A DNA stretch of 64,000 nucleotides from Octopus sinensis (GCF_006345805.1 NC_043005.1:96658001-96722000), one strand, 5' to 3'; numbered from the stretch's first letter, positions 12,162-25,365 are shown. Notes: a model not told the origin generated them from the letters alone. A program made the numbers and translations.

Positions 12162-12545
12162 CCTTTCTAACATAAGTACAAGGTTTGAAAACTTGGGGAG
12201 AGGTGGTAGTCGATTACATTGACCTCAGTACTTGGCTGGTACTTATTTTATCGACCCCAAAAAGTTGAAAGGTAAAGTTGACCTCAACAGAATTTGAACT
12301 CGGAAGGTAAAAAGTTGGAAGAAATAACACAACCAATGTTTCCTTCTCTCACTTGTGCAGGAGAACTATTTCCGATATAGGCACAAAACCAAGAATTTTG
12401 AGAGACAGGGGTTAGTCTGTACTATCGACTTCCATATTTGTCTGGTACTTTATTTTATCGGGCCCTGAGTGGAAGGAAGGTAGGTTAATCTCAGCGACAT
12501 CTGAACTCAGAATACAAAGAGCCAGAATATACCGCAAGGCATTTC
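11960..12545 (-). mobile_element. Family-C-like SINE head plus two SINE-A copies
   Basis: Reverse-complement matches to SINE-A cores near 12250 and 12460. Confidence 0.75.
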
Positions 12546-13045
12546 ATTTTTCGACCTTCAACGTTTATGGCAGCTCAAATTCCTCCTAAAGACCGAAATA
12601 CTTATTTTGAAATACAAGTTTACTAAGCCATGAAGTTATAAACATTAAAGATTCATTATTCCACTCAGCCCAGATTCGCTCCACCATCTTAAGCATCTAC
12701 ATTTCAACCCCTGGTACTGCGCATAAATGAAAAAGTTGTTTTAGCATATGTTTAACATATGTTTAACATATTTTAAACTATATAAAAACAAAGTATTAAC
12801 TGGGAAAGGACTTAAAAAATCATGTGAGAATTAGAAATTTATTGTTTTCTGAAAAAATGAAGGTGATAATGACTTTCAAATTTCGTCTGAAGCAGTTTCA
12901 TTCAAAGTGGAGGCACTTGGCGTCACGGTAAAGGCTGTTAGACTCCTGAATCTTTTGGTCATGGGTTCGATTTTCGAACTGGGAATTTAGTGTGTACTGT
13001 TAAACTAGTACACCCAAAATGATTATTGAAAATTAATACATTACA

Positions 13046-13160
13046 AGTGGAAATAAGTACTGAATTGGGTGCATTATTACTAAAAACGAATACAAAAGTG
13101 AGTACATTTTAACTAAAAACAAGTACAGAAGTAGGTACATTATAACTGAAAATAATTACC
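13046..13160. repeat. Degenerate 33-bp minisatellite
   Basis: ACT(A/G)AAAA(C/T) units at 13079, 13112 and 13145. Confidence 0.6.
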
Positions 13161-13394
13161 AGCGGCACGTTAATGTCTACCCCACAACGAACTGTTCGGA
13201 GGAGAGTCTCAGTTCAAATGTTTTGAAAAAGTCGATAATCTTCAGCCTTATGAGCCTATAGGATTTATGTAGACCAGAGGTTCTCAACTGGGATCCATAC
13301 ACGATTATGTTGTTAAAATTTATATGCAATATACTGGTTATACTTCTGCGATACAAAAAAAAATGATACAGTTCTATATTTAAGAGATGAGGAA

Positions 13395-13520
13395 TTATGC
13401 ACATTATTTACATTTGACGAATATTTGTCCTCATCTTATTTGTTGTTAACACGTTTCGGCTGATATACACCCAAGCTTTTATCAGGTGTCTTGGGGAAAT
13501 TTCGAACCTGGGTTCTCATT
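13395..13520 (-). mobile_element. Penelope-type terminal repeat fragment with degenerate hammerhead motif (HHR-D, 13447-13490)
   Basis: Minus: GACAC CTGATAA AAGCTTGGGTGTATATCAGCC GAA ACGT GTT; G8 is mutated. Confidence 0.55.
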
Positions 13521-14279
13521 CCTAAGGTAAAATTTTTTTTTTATACAATTTCTATAAGGATGTATGATGTTTTAAACATTGAATGGCTAGGAAGATCTAT
13601 TCGAGTAAAATAGGAATCAGTGTTCTATAGGCAAAAATGATGAACACAGAAACACTGATGTAAATGTTTGACAAATTGTATAAGAATGTAAGATAGGTTA
13701 CATTTATAAGCGTTTAATGAGAAGGAAGGAAGAGAAAAATAACTGATCTGGAAATAGAGGAAGATGCCGATGTAACAAAGCGAATTATGTACTGGAATCT
13801 GTGTACGCTGGATGATGAGGGTATAAGGAAGGGGCGCTGTTAGAGGTAAGGGTTATTTTTACTGATTAGGAAATTAAAATTTTTGATAGTTTGTAATTAA
13901 TGAAATGTCTTTGTTGTTAACTACTGTATAATTGTGTTTACATCCAGTGTGAATATTGATTTTCCAGGATTATTAAAATACTTTGCTAATGCATAAGTAG
14001 GTGATGCTTGTGAATTTTTTATTGCCAGGAAGAAAATTAAGTTCTGTCTATAAACTGTAAGAATATGCAAATGAGTTTTAAAATCTCAATGGTCTCATAC
14101 AAAATACACTGTGGTATTTGTCCTGGCGCTGTAGGTTCTAAATTCAAATCCACCTGTGGTCAAATTTATCTTTCATCCATCTAGGGTCGGCAAAATAAAA
14201 TACTGGTCAAGTTCAGGGATCGATATAAGCGACCAGCCCTCTCGCCCAAATTCCTCACTTTTTGCCTATAATAATAACT

Positions 14280-14490
14280 GTTCAGTGCACTCAGCTGGCA
14301 ACAATGAGCAGTACCTGTATTTCAAAGGGACAGCCTTATCACACCGTTCCACGCTGAATCTTCCGAGTACTATGTTAAGGATACACGTGACTGTGGAGTG
14401 TTCAGCCACTTGCACATTAATTTCAGGAGCAGGCTGTTCCGTTGATCGGGCCAACTGGAATTCTCGTCGTCGTAACCGACGGAGTGCCAG
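14280..14490 (+). mobile_element. SINE family C body
   Basis: Reverse complement of the 2581-2760 sequence. Confidence 0.88.
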
Positions 14491-14659
14491 TTAGTTGATA
14501 ACTGTTCTAAGGAGAACTTGAGGTGGAGACCTGGCAAAATCACCGGAGAGTCGTAAAAGTTACCTCGCAGTATTTGTTCACGAATTTACACTCTGAGTAA
14601 ATCCAATCAAGATTAAATTTACCTTTCAATGCTTCAGGGTTAATGAATTATCTACATAT

Positions 14660-14901
14660 ATACTCTTTTACTCTTTTACTTGTTTCAGCTATGTGACTGT
14701 GGCCATGCTGGAGCAACGCTTTTAGTCGAGCAAATCGACTCCAGGACTTATTCTTCGTAAGACTAGTACTTATTCTATCGGTCTCTTTTGCCAAACCGCT
14801 AAGTTACGGGGACGTAAACATACCAGCATCGGTTGTCAAGCGATGCTGGGGGACAAACATAGACACACAAACATACACACACACGCACACATACACGCGC
14901 G

Positions 14902-14947
<46 letters not shown>

Positions 14948-15110
14948 CATATATACGACGGCCTTCTTTCAGTTTCCGTCTACTAAATCCACTTACAAGG
15001 CTTTGGTCGGCCCGAGGCTATAATAAATGCCCAAGGTGCCATGTAGTGAGAATGAATCTGAAACCATGTGGTTCCTAAGCAAGCAACTTATCACACCGCC
15101 ACTTCTATGT
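14660..15110 (-). mobile_element. SINE family B, near full length
   Basis: Collinear with other B copies; internal (CA)n tract. Confidence 0.9.
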
Positions 15111-15644
15111 TTTATTGTTTTGTAGAAATACTATCTTGCTTTTAGGGAAAAAGAAAATCGTGGGCATATTTAGAAAATTGATATAACAGAGAGGTTGTTA
15201 AGAAGTTAAAATTTAATAAGGTTTAGAAATGTATAGCTTGTAAATTTACTGAAATATTACAATTATGGAGGACGCAGGCATAGTCAAGTGAATAAAATGC
15301 TTGCTTGATAATCATGAAGTCACGGGTTTGATTGCACTGAGCAGCATCTTAAGCAAGTGTCTTTTACAAATGCTGCTGACTGAGTAAGGCTCTGTGAGTG
15401 AAGTCGGGTTGACAAGACAGAAAGTGTGTAGAATACCCTCGAATGGACTGTAACTGTAATTCAAAGAACCACCCAGCCTTGTCAAATATTGTGCCATGCA
15501 GATTCAGCTGGAGAATTATGATAAGTCTGTGAAATACACAGCCGCTTATATATTAGTTTAACAATTAGGTAGTTCAGTTGATCGAACATCTGAATGCTCA
15601 CCGTAGAATCCGAAGTGTATAGAATCAATAATATTGATATTAAC

Positions 15645-16230
15645 CCTTTTAACAATAAGCACAAGATCTGAAATTTTGCGGGAGGAATAGAGTCGATTAT
15701 ATCGACCTCACTGTTCAACTGGTAGTTATTTCATCGACTCCAGAGTGATGAAAGGCAAAGTCGGCCTCAGCGGAATTTGAACTCCTAAGGATAAAGAGCG
15801 GAAAGAAACGCTACTAACCCTTTTTTCTCCCCGACGCGCGAACCATTCTTATTTCTTTACTGCCCACAAGGGGCTACACACAGAGGGGACAAACAAGGAC
15901 AGACAAACGGATTAAGTTGATTATATCGACTCCAGTGCGTAACTGGTACTTATCCGAAAGGATGAAAGGCAAAGTCGACCTCGGTGGAATTTGAACTCAG
16001 AACTCACTCTCAGAGGAAATACGGCTAAGAATTTCCCCCGGCGTGCTAACGATTCTGCCAGCTCACTTCATATGCACAAAGTTTAAAACTCGGGTGGTAA
16101 TAAAAAATTACAGATTATATTGACCCTAGTACTTTATTTAATCGACCTCGGAAGGCTAAAATGCTAAACTGACTTCGGTGAGATTCGAAAGGCCTGAACA
16201 AAACTTCGCGGCATTTTCTCTGATGCTCGT
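15645..16230 (-). mobile_element. Tandem cluster of three SINE-A units
   Basis: Cores GATGAAAGGCAAAGTCG(G/A)CCTC near 15750 and 15965, degenerate near 16150. Confidence 0.85.
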
Positions 16231-16661
16231 ATGCTTCTGCTAAGAAAGGTTAATATAAATATTAATATACTGAAAAACACAAACAACCTATTTGATCTAA
16301 GCCGTCATAATTATGGCAGTGTCATCGATGAAATTTCTCGCCGCAGAGGAAGCGCTTATTTATAATGATGGTTATCTTGTATGCTGATTGATAGTTGAGA
16401 ATAAATACACAAGTCGCATGGCATTACTTAGCAACGAACGTGTATTATTAGTATGGAATAAAATATCTTCTATTTGCTGTGTCCGAGTTTAGATTAATAA
16501 AATCTGTCCATTGCCTTCATTTGCTTAGTTGTGTTCTGGCATTTAGAATATAGCTATCGATGCATACATACATACATACATACATACATACATACATACA
16601 TACATACATACATACTACATACATACATACATACATATATACATACATTCACACACACATG

Positions 16662-16693
<32 letters not shown>

Positions 16694-16783
16694 ATATATA
16701 TAAATAATAAATATTAGGGAATAAATCCAAATTTACAGGGAAAAAATCAGATTTAGGATTAAATCGATTTTATATTAAAATAT

Positions 16784-16930
16784 TATAAAATATTATTCGA
16801 GACAAAACCACTATTTTGCAAAACAAACAAGGAAAGACTTAATTAATACATAAAATTTTAATATTAAAATTTTATGTATTAATTAAGTCTTCCTTGTTTG
16901 TTTTGCAAAATAGTGGTTTTGTCTCGAATA

Positions 16931-16940
<10 letters not shown>
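16784..16940. repeat. 157-bp spacerless palindrome
   Basis: Arms TATAAAATATTATTCGAGACAAAACCACTATTTTGC...CATAAAATTTTAAT and exact inverse, with one 1-nt indel (GGAAAGAC versus GTCTTCC); centre 16862/16863. Confidence 0.97.
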
Positions 16941-16975
<35 letters not shown>

Positions 16976-16976
16976 A

Positions 16977-17015
16977 CTAGCATTATGACCCGTCGTTGCC
17001 GGGTCGTAGTGCTAG
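16977..17015. other. 39-bp CTAG-bounded hairpin, Helitron-end-like
   Basis: CTAGCATTATGACCCG-TCGTTGC-CGGGTCGTAGTGCTAG: 16-bp stem with two G-T pairs, lying between A and T. Confidence 0.5.
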
Positions 17016-17129
17016 TGCATGTATATATGTGTATATATTACATGTACATCTATATATATACATCTACACATAAAATACAAAATACAAAGTTATATCTTGA
17101 TATCGCTAGTGATAACAATACTTAAAATA

Positions 17130-17940
17130 TATAACAGACTGGAATTGTAGGCCCGTCTCTTGCAATTTCGATGAATTGTATCTTGTCCTCCCTCTTGTAT
17201 AGAAGTGTGGCTACAATCCAGCTTACCTCTACTTCTGGGGGGGACATTTAAAATTTTTATCCGGGACGTCCTACGTCCCAGATATAAAGGTAAAAATAAA
17301 ATATTTCCACTTTGCAAGGTTCGAGTCGAGTACTCCCTTGCACGCTCCGTTGACTCGAAACTTGCTTCTATTGTGGCGTCTCTGGTTAGATATCTTTCAT
17401 AGTCGCACCAAGACACTTTTCGATGGTGCTTTCCTCCAGGTGTTCAAATGTTTTTTTTCTCTAAATTTTATACTTTATAGACAATAGTGTTTTCTTTAAT
17501 TTTATTTTTTATTTCGTTTGGTTGTGTTATCCTAGATTCACCGTCTTTGTCGGTGATCAATCCGAAATAGGTTTGTATTTCTTCCATTTTAATTTTAATG
17601 AATTCGCGCCCGCTGACGGCTGCAGCAATATTCATTTTTGGACTTTCTTCTATCGAAGGCATTTTAACAAAAATGCTTCCGTATAAACGGTAAAAATATT
17701 GTCAATTTCCCCAAACAGGGACACAATTCAATTTTTAAACAATAACCAAAGCTCCTTCTCCCAAAGGGGGAGGGTTACGGTTTACAATTATTTAACAAAT
17801 GCAACATAACAACATTTCCCTTACGAGGAACCAACAAACGTGATAACAATAGTTAAACAGTAATAATAATAACAACAAACCTTACGGTGAATCAAAAAGC
17901 AGTACTCAGTAGAAGCGGCTGTTCGAGAAAACATACCTTA
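17130..17940 (-). mobile_element. Probable LINE 5' UTR and disrupted ORF1 (L1/Tx1-like)
   Basis: Frameshifted protein-like reading ...ATIEASFESTERAREYSTRTLQSGNILFLPLYLGRRTSRIKILNVPP/EVEVSWIVATLL; the IxNVP motif suggests an RRM-type ORF1. Clade assignment is inference. Confidence 0.45.
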
Positions 17941-18199
17941 CATACAGCCAAACTTCATATAGATACTTAATGCTTGCTAATTAGCAGATAATCTAATGTA
18001 AAAGCCGTGGTAAAGGGTATGTGCACAGCTCCATCTGGACTATTCCATTTCTGCACATTAATTTTATTTTTAATTTATTCCCATTCATGTGAAATCACTT
18101 ATTCCAGTTCAAGTCATTGATGCAATTTTATACCAACTGCTATTTTTACTTTTAATTGTTATGTTACGATTTAATTATTACTTACTACATATAATTCAA

Positions 18200-18630
18200 T
18201 TGTTATTATTATCTCTAATTTTTATTGTTAAAGTGAAAGTATCTAACATAAAATAGAGAAATGTTTTTGTTTCACTTTTAACACGTAATACTGAAATAGT
18301 GGAGAAGATATGATATAGCTATGGGCTCACCCTAGGCAAGAAGTTGAACATTTTTTTGCCCATGAAACTACATAGACCCTAAGTAGGGCATGTGTAAAAT
18401 TTGAATGAAAAATGGTTGTGTAGTTCTCAAGTTTTAGGGAATCATAGTGGAGAAGATATGATATTGCTGTGGGCTCGCCCTCGGCAAAAAGTTAAAAACT
18501 TGTTTTTGCCGATGACACTCCCCGGACCCTAAGTAAGGCATGTGTAAAATTTGAATGAAATTGGTTGTGTAGTTCTCAAATTTTAGAGAAACACACAGAC
18601 AGACAGACGCACATTCTCAGTTTTATATAT
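18200..18630 (+). mobile_element. Helentron/DINE-1-like non-autonomous element with 148-bp internal tandem repeat
   Basis: Units start at 18296 and 18444 (ATAGTGGAGAAGATATGATA...GTTCTCAA.TTTTAG), followed by (CAGA)n and TTTTATATATAT as in HINE-type ends. Confidence 0.65.
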
Positions 18631-18662
<32 letters not shown>

Positions 18663-18672
18663 ATATATATAT

Positions 18673-18707
<35 letters not shown>

Positions 18708-18719
18708 ATGTATGTATAT

Positions 18720-18990
18720 GAAAAAAACTCTCAGTGGCAAATACCCCAAGAGAGTTAATAGTGCCGATTTTGACACACCCCTTACCCATCAATGGTTAAA
18801 ATTTTCTGGCTTAAGATCAGAGACAGAAGGGTTTATTATAGCAGGTCAAGATCAATGCCTACCTACAAGGAGCTACCAGGCCACTGTATCTAAAAACGGC
18901 AGTAGCCCAACATGTCGCGTATGTAAATAACAAAATGAAACCATCGATCATGTTGTCGCCATGTGCAGTCTTCTTGCACCTACCGAGTAG
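18720..18990 (+). mobile_element. R4/Dong-clade non-LTR retrotransposon fragment (post-RT and CCHC knuckle)
   Basis: HQWLKFSGLRSETEGFIIAGQDQCLPTRSY...PTCRVCK*QNETIDHVVAMCSLLAPTE. Confidence 0.85.
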
Positions 18991-18994
18991 GTAT

Positions 18995-19033
18995 ATATAT
19001 CTCATATATATATATATATTATATATATATATA

Positions 19034-19091
<58 letters not shown>

Positions 19092-19162
19092 TATATATAT
19101 ATATATTATATATAATATATATATAATATTATATATATATAGTATATATATATATATATAAT

Positions 19163-19194
<32 letters not shown>

Positions 19195-19195
19195 A

Positions 19196-19226
<31 letters not shown>

Positions 19227-19265
19227 ATACACACACACACATATATATATATACAGATATATATA
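18995..19265. repeat. Interrupted (TA)n tract
   Basis: Direct reading. Confidence 0.95.
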
Positions 19266-19730
19266 TATTCTTTTACTCCCAGTTATATACGCCCTCACTC
19301 TATCAGTTGTTCTCTATCTACTCTCATGCATTTACAACTTTCCCTTTCCCTTGCTTTCTCCCGTATTCTTCACAGACCTTCCAATATACACCACTCTGTC
19401 TTCGACAATGGAACTCATAGACGATATCAATTTTTTAACAAGGTTATCCTTTGATTTTTCGATGATAAAACTGGTAACGACTATTACCCTTTACTAAAGA
19501 TAATCTCTGAAGACGGTAGAGTTGGCTTATATCGAAACCTTTACTCAATGATCTTATGTAACATATGAACAGATCTTCTAGAAACACCTGTAAGAGACTT
19601 TACACATTATTTCCTAATCCCATATTTACTCCAACTACTCTAAAATTATGTTTGAACTATAAGTTACATGCTCTAAAGTGATACCACATGTACTGCCGGC
19701 TTATACTCTCTCTTTATATATATATATATA

Positions 19731-19782
<52 letters not shown>

Positions 19783-19942
19783 TGTATGTATGTGTGTGTG
19801 TGTGTATGTATATCTAACTATCTGAATATATGTATATATATTATATATATATATATATATAATATGTACTCATTCACACACTTGCATAGGTATATGTGCA
19901 TACACAAATAAATACTTAAACAGCCATCCGCATATTTACACG

Positions 19943-20026
<84 letters not shown>

Positions 20027-20336
20027 TACTTAAATAACTTACATGGACGCACACACACATGTGCGCTCGCACACGCACACACACAAACATAAAACTGGAT
20101 ACGTATGCACACATATACATGCTTATCAACACAAACATGCAATTATATGTACTTACACATCCCCCAACAAATGCGAACACAATTTTTCGAATATACAGGT
20201 ATATAAACAAGTATAGATATACACATAAATGTTCCCAATACACATATAGGTACATGTATAATGTATACATATTGATGGGTCAACACACGCACACACACAC
20301 ACACTCCCTCTCACTCTCTCTCTCTCTCTCTCACTC

Positions 20337-20393
<57 letters not shown>

Positions 20394-20809
20394 TAAGGAA
20401 CATATAATGACTTCGATAATAACAACACTACTGGCATCTATATGAATATTCAATTCTGAATATTTTTGCTGCTACTTAGTATGTTCACACTGTGGCTATC
20501 CACATTTTGGCGCTAAGCAATTAAGGATGCCAGCAGATTTTAACGTGACGGTCTGAAAGGATGTTTCTAAAAGCGAAAAACTCTGTATTAAACCAGAAAC
20601 CGGTGCACATATATACCTGTTCTCTTAAATATATAGCTTTATGCTACAATGGCATGTGAGAGATCTTTTTTCGGCATTTTACTGTTGCATCTGTTATTAT
20701 CAGTGTAATTTTTGGTGGTCCAGATGAGGGTTTTAACTCTTATTTCTAGTGGGTATACACTTCAATGTGTCCTCTGACTAATATAATTTTATACATATAT
20801 ATATTCTTC

Positions 20810-21725
20810 TATTCTTTTATTTGCTTCAATCATTTGACTGCGGCCATGCTGGAGCATCACCTTTAGTCGAACAAATCGACCCCAGGACTATAGTTTGTAA
20901 GCCTAGTACTTATTCTATCGTTATCTCTTGCTGGATCGCTAGATACGAGGACGTAGATACGCCAATATCTGTTGTCAAGTGATGGTGGAGGGACAAACAC
21001 AGACACATAAATCTATACACACACACACACACATTTGTATATGTACGACGGGCTTCTGTCAGAACCACTCACAAGGCTTTGGTCGGCTTGAGGCTGTAGT
21101 AGAAGACACTTGCCCAAGGTACCATGCAGTGGGACTGAACCCGGAACCATGCAAGCTTCTTACCATACAGCAACGCCTGCGCCTAATATATATATATATA
21201 TATATATAAATATATATATATATACACTCTTTTACTTGTTTCAGTCATTTGACTGCGGCCATGCTGGAGCACCGCCTTTAGTCGAACAAATCGACCCCAG
21301 GACTTATTCTTTGGAAGCCTAGAACTTATTCTATCGGTCTCTTTTGCCGAACCACTAAGTGACAGGGACGTAAACAAACACACCAGCATTTGGTGTCAAG
21401 CGATGTTGGGGGACAAACACAGACACCAAACTATACACCACACACACACACACACCACACATATATATTTATATACGACAGCTTCTTTCAGTTTCCGTCA
21501 ACCAACTCCCACGCAGTGGGACTGAACCCGGAATCATGAGGTTGGTAAGCAAGCTACTTACCACACAGCCACTCCTGCGCCCTATATATATATACATATA
21601 TATATATATACGACAGGCTTCTTTCAGTTTCCGTCAACCAAATCCCACGCAGTGGGACTGAACCGGAATCATGAGGTTGGTAAGCAAGCTACTTACCACA
21701 CAGCCACTCCTGCGCCCTATATATA
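20810..21725 (-). mobile_element. Two tandem SINE-B copies, the second with a duplicated, internally deleted head
   Basis: Tails near 20815 and 21225; about 135-bp unit repeated at 21475-21600 and 21608-21725. Confidence 0.88.
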
Positions 21726-21740
21726 TATACATACATATAT

Positions 21741-21849
<109 letters not shown>

Positions 21850-22136
21850 ACAGACGTGCATGTATACGTGTGTTTGTAGGTATATACATATATATAGAAA
21901 GAAATGAGTGTGCGCGTGGGTGTGCGTGTATTTATACGTAGCCATGAGTAAAATGTGCATATACGTGCCAATATCAACGCAGGGACCTTACTAATATATT
22001 CACTTTTTTCTTAACAAATAGTGTTTTCTTTCCAAACAGGTTATTTGTTGGAATATTTCCAGTTCTATCTTTGATTATATTCATTAGTTTTAGAAAACAA
22101 CATAAATATGCACGCAAACATGTGCTTTTGTATTTC

Positions 22137-22217
<81 letters not shown>

Positions 22218-22535
22218 TCTCTCTCTCTCTCTCTCTGTCACCCCCGCCCGTTGTATCTATCTTTCTTTCTTGTTTGCTTTTTTTCTGTCTATCTCACTAT
22301 CCATCTACCTATCTGTTTATTTTATGATTCCATTTCTCCCTCTTTTTCTCCATCTCTGTATGTATGCATTTATGTATGTATGTGTGTACGTACGTATGTA
22401 TGTATGTATGTATGTATGTATGTATGTATGTATGTATGTATGTGTATATACACACATACATACACACACATGCATACACACACATAATAATTAATGAAGG
22501 ACACGGAAGATTGATTTAGCATTAGTCTTTATTCA

Positions 22536-22637
22536 GTACTACGATCGTTTCGACCCATCCTGTAATTGTCCATTATGGTAGGAAATTGTGCATTTAATTG
22601 TGGCATCGATCTGTGCAGTTTGTGTCACATCAGGTAC
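22536..22637 (-). ncRNA. Type I hammerhead-like motif HHR-B1 at the apex of a 209-nt hairpin (22484-22692)
   Basis: Minus: GTAC CTGATG(T) GAC...GTC GAA ACGATCGT A GTAC; A9 missing or replaced; stem I continues into an inverted repeat of about 50 bp. Confidence 0.65.
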
Positions 22638-22930
22638 AAGCTGAATAAAGACTAATGCTAACCTATCTTCCGTTTCCTTCATCAATTATTATTATCCTCA
22701 ACTAACACTCCGAAATTCCAGACGTAGATCCAAAGGAAATATATTCCGCCGTGGATGACAACCAGGTAGCCCAAACTCTGAATGTGTTTTACACAATACA
22801 CTAATTGACATATACCCGTTAGTCCCAAATTTACGTACTGATATATATATACATATATTATATATATATATATATAATATATATATATATATATTATATA
22901 ATATATATAATATATATATATATATATATA

Positions 22931-22976
<46 letters not shown>

Positions 22977-23651
22977 GTGCATGTATACGTGTGTTTGTAG
23001 GTATATACATATATATAGAAAGAAATGAGTGTGCGCGTGTGTGTGCGTGTATTTATACGTAGCCATGAGTAAAATGTGCATATACGTGCCAATATCAACG
23101 CAGGGACCTTACTAATATATTCACTTTTTTCTTAACAAATAGTGTTTTCTTTCCAAACAGGTTATTTGTTGGAATATTTCCAGTTCTATCTTTGATTATA
23201 TTCATTAGTTTTAGAAAACAACATAAATATGCACGCAAACATGTGCTTTTGTATTTCTCTTTCTTTCTTTCTTTCTTCTTTCTTTCTTTTTTCTTCTTTC
23301 TTCTTTCTTTCTTCTTTCTTCTTTCTTTCTTTCTTTCTCTCTCTCTCCTTCTCTCTGTCACCCCCGCCCGTTGTATCTATCTTTCTTTTGTTTGCTTTTT
23401 TTCTGTCTATCTCACTATCCATCTACCTATCTTTATTTTTATGATTCCATTCTCTCCCTTTTTTCCATCTCTGTTGTATTTGCATTTATGTATGTATGTG
23501 TGTACGTACGTATGTATGTATGTATGTATGTATGTATGTATGTATGTATGTATGTATGTGTATATACACACATACATACACACACATGCATACACACACA
23601 TAATAATTAATGAAGGACACGGAAGATTGATTTAGCATTAGTCTTTATTCA

Positions 23652-23756
23652 GTACTACGATCGTTTCGACCCATCCTGTAATTGTCCATTATGCGTAGGA
23701 AATTGTGCATTTAATTGTGTTGCATCGATCTGTGCAGTTTGTGTCACATCAGGTAC
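23652..23756 (-). ncRNA. Hammerhead-like motif HHR-B2 (duplicate of B1)
   Basis: Same core in the second duplication unit. Confidence 0.65.
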
Positions 23757-24264
23757 AAGCTGAATAAAGACTAATGCTAAACCTATCTTCCGTTTCCTTC
23801 ATCAATTATTATTATCTCAACTAACACTCCGAAATTCCAGACGTAGATCCAAAGGAAATATATTCCAGCCGTGGATGACAACCAGGTAGCCCAAACTCTG
23901 AATGTGTTTTACACAATACACTAATTGACATATACCCGTTAGTCCCAAAATTTACGTACTGATATATATATACATATATAGCAGTATGAACGCTATAGTG
24001 TGATATACAGTGAAGAAGAACCGAACTTTAGGTCAAGTTAAAATATGTTTGTGGTATAATTTAACTTCGAAAGTAAAATTCACTGCAGTTACTGTGGGGA
24101 AAAAATTCTCTTTTATGGTAAAATGTGTAGAAACACAATATGTACCCATTGCTTCTTTCTAGCGAATTCCCGGAGCGCGTTTCTGGCTTTCAGTCAGCTG
24201 ACCAGACGCCAAAGAACTACAATCTTTCGATACGTATACATACACACACATTAATATTTTGGTA

Positions 24265-24640
24265 GGCATGGCCGTGTGGTAAGAAGTTTACTTCCCAGCT
24301 ACATGGTTTCGGGTTCAATCCCATTGCATAGAACCTTGGGTAAATTTTCTCTACTATCAAGTGAATTTGGTAGACAAAAACTGAAAGAAGCTAATCGTAT
24401 AAGTGTGTGAGTATGTGATGTGTGTGTGTTTGTGTGGATGAGCATGTGTGTGTCATTGTATTTGTGTCTGTTCCCCCACCACTTGAGAACCAGTATTCGT
24501 TTGTTTACGTCCCCGTAAAGTGGCCGATAAAACAGAATAAGTATCATAAAAAGAAAAGCACACTGAAGTCGTTTTCTTCGACTAAAAGCACTTCAAGGCG
24601 TGCCCCAGCCTGGCCGCAATCCAACATCTGAGACAAGTGA
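24265..24640 (+). mobile_element. SINE family B
   Basis: Head GGCATGGCCGTGTGGTAAGAAG...GGGTTCAATCCC; tail GGCCGCAATCC...GAGACAAG. Confidence 0.85.
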
Positions 24641-24684
24641 AACATCATCATCATCATCATCATCATCACCATCACCATCACCAT

Positions 24685-24910
24685 CACCACCGCCCACAAG
24701 GGGCTAAACACAGAGGGGACAAACAAGGACAGACATAGGTATTAAGTCGATTACATCGACCCAAGTGCGTATCTGGTACTTAATTTATCGACCCCGAAAG
24801 GATGAAAGGCAAAGTCGACCTCGGCGGAATTTGAACTCACAACGTAACGCAGACGAAATACCGCGAAGCATTTCGCCCGGCGCGCTAACGTTTCTGCCAG
24901 CTCGACGCCT
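24685..24910 (-). mobile_element. SINE family A, full length
   Basis: Reverse complement of 6512-6750. Confidence 0.92.
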
Positions 24911-24930
24911 TCAATTATTATTATTATTAT

Positions 24931-25140
24931 TCAGTAGTTTTATTTTTATAGCGTGCTTTCACTTCACTACCGAGCGCAGCTCTGTGTGCCTTGGGTATGT
25001 GCTGTGATTTGTTGTGATGCTCTGATGGTTATTGTATGGAAAGTGTTCTGCGTAGGATGTGTGCAGTGCCTAGTAGTGCAATTTTCTTTATGTTATATGT
25101 GTTTGTAAGTCCTGGTGTTTTTGTTATGTATTTGTCTGAA
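24931..25140 (-). mobile_element. R4/Dong-clade 3' end within (TAA)n
   Basis: Minus: ...TNTYNIKKIALLGTAHILRRTLSIQ*, the typical C-terminus of R4/Dong ORFs; 3' UTR ends in (AAT)n and (AAT)n also flanks the 5' side. Confidence 0.8.
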
Positions 25141-25159
25141 TATTATTATTATTATTATT

Positions 25160-25365
25160 ATTGAGTGAGAGAGCAGTTCATGCCATCAAAGTGACACTGG
25201 GGTAAAATATACGAAGCCCAATATACCCATCATGACTACCCGTCTGATAAAGGTACACCAGGCACATGCATCACAACCATATGTGCGCGACATGGTGATC
25301 TCATATCAAGATAAACAGCACATGACCTTGCAGGTGGGGCCCAGTTAGAATTTTCTTCAGGTTGA
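25160..25365 (-). mobile_element. Family D retroposon, 3' part
   Basis: Reverse complement of about 11430-11630. Confidence 0.85.

Noticed and set aside
19500-19550. CTGAAGA...GAAAC motif; similar weak motifs near 3190-3230, 26655-26700, 28255-28290, 36060-36110 and 51050-51100
   Set aside because: Core half-sites are present but stems cannot be paired convincingly; possibly older hammerhead fossils, not counted.
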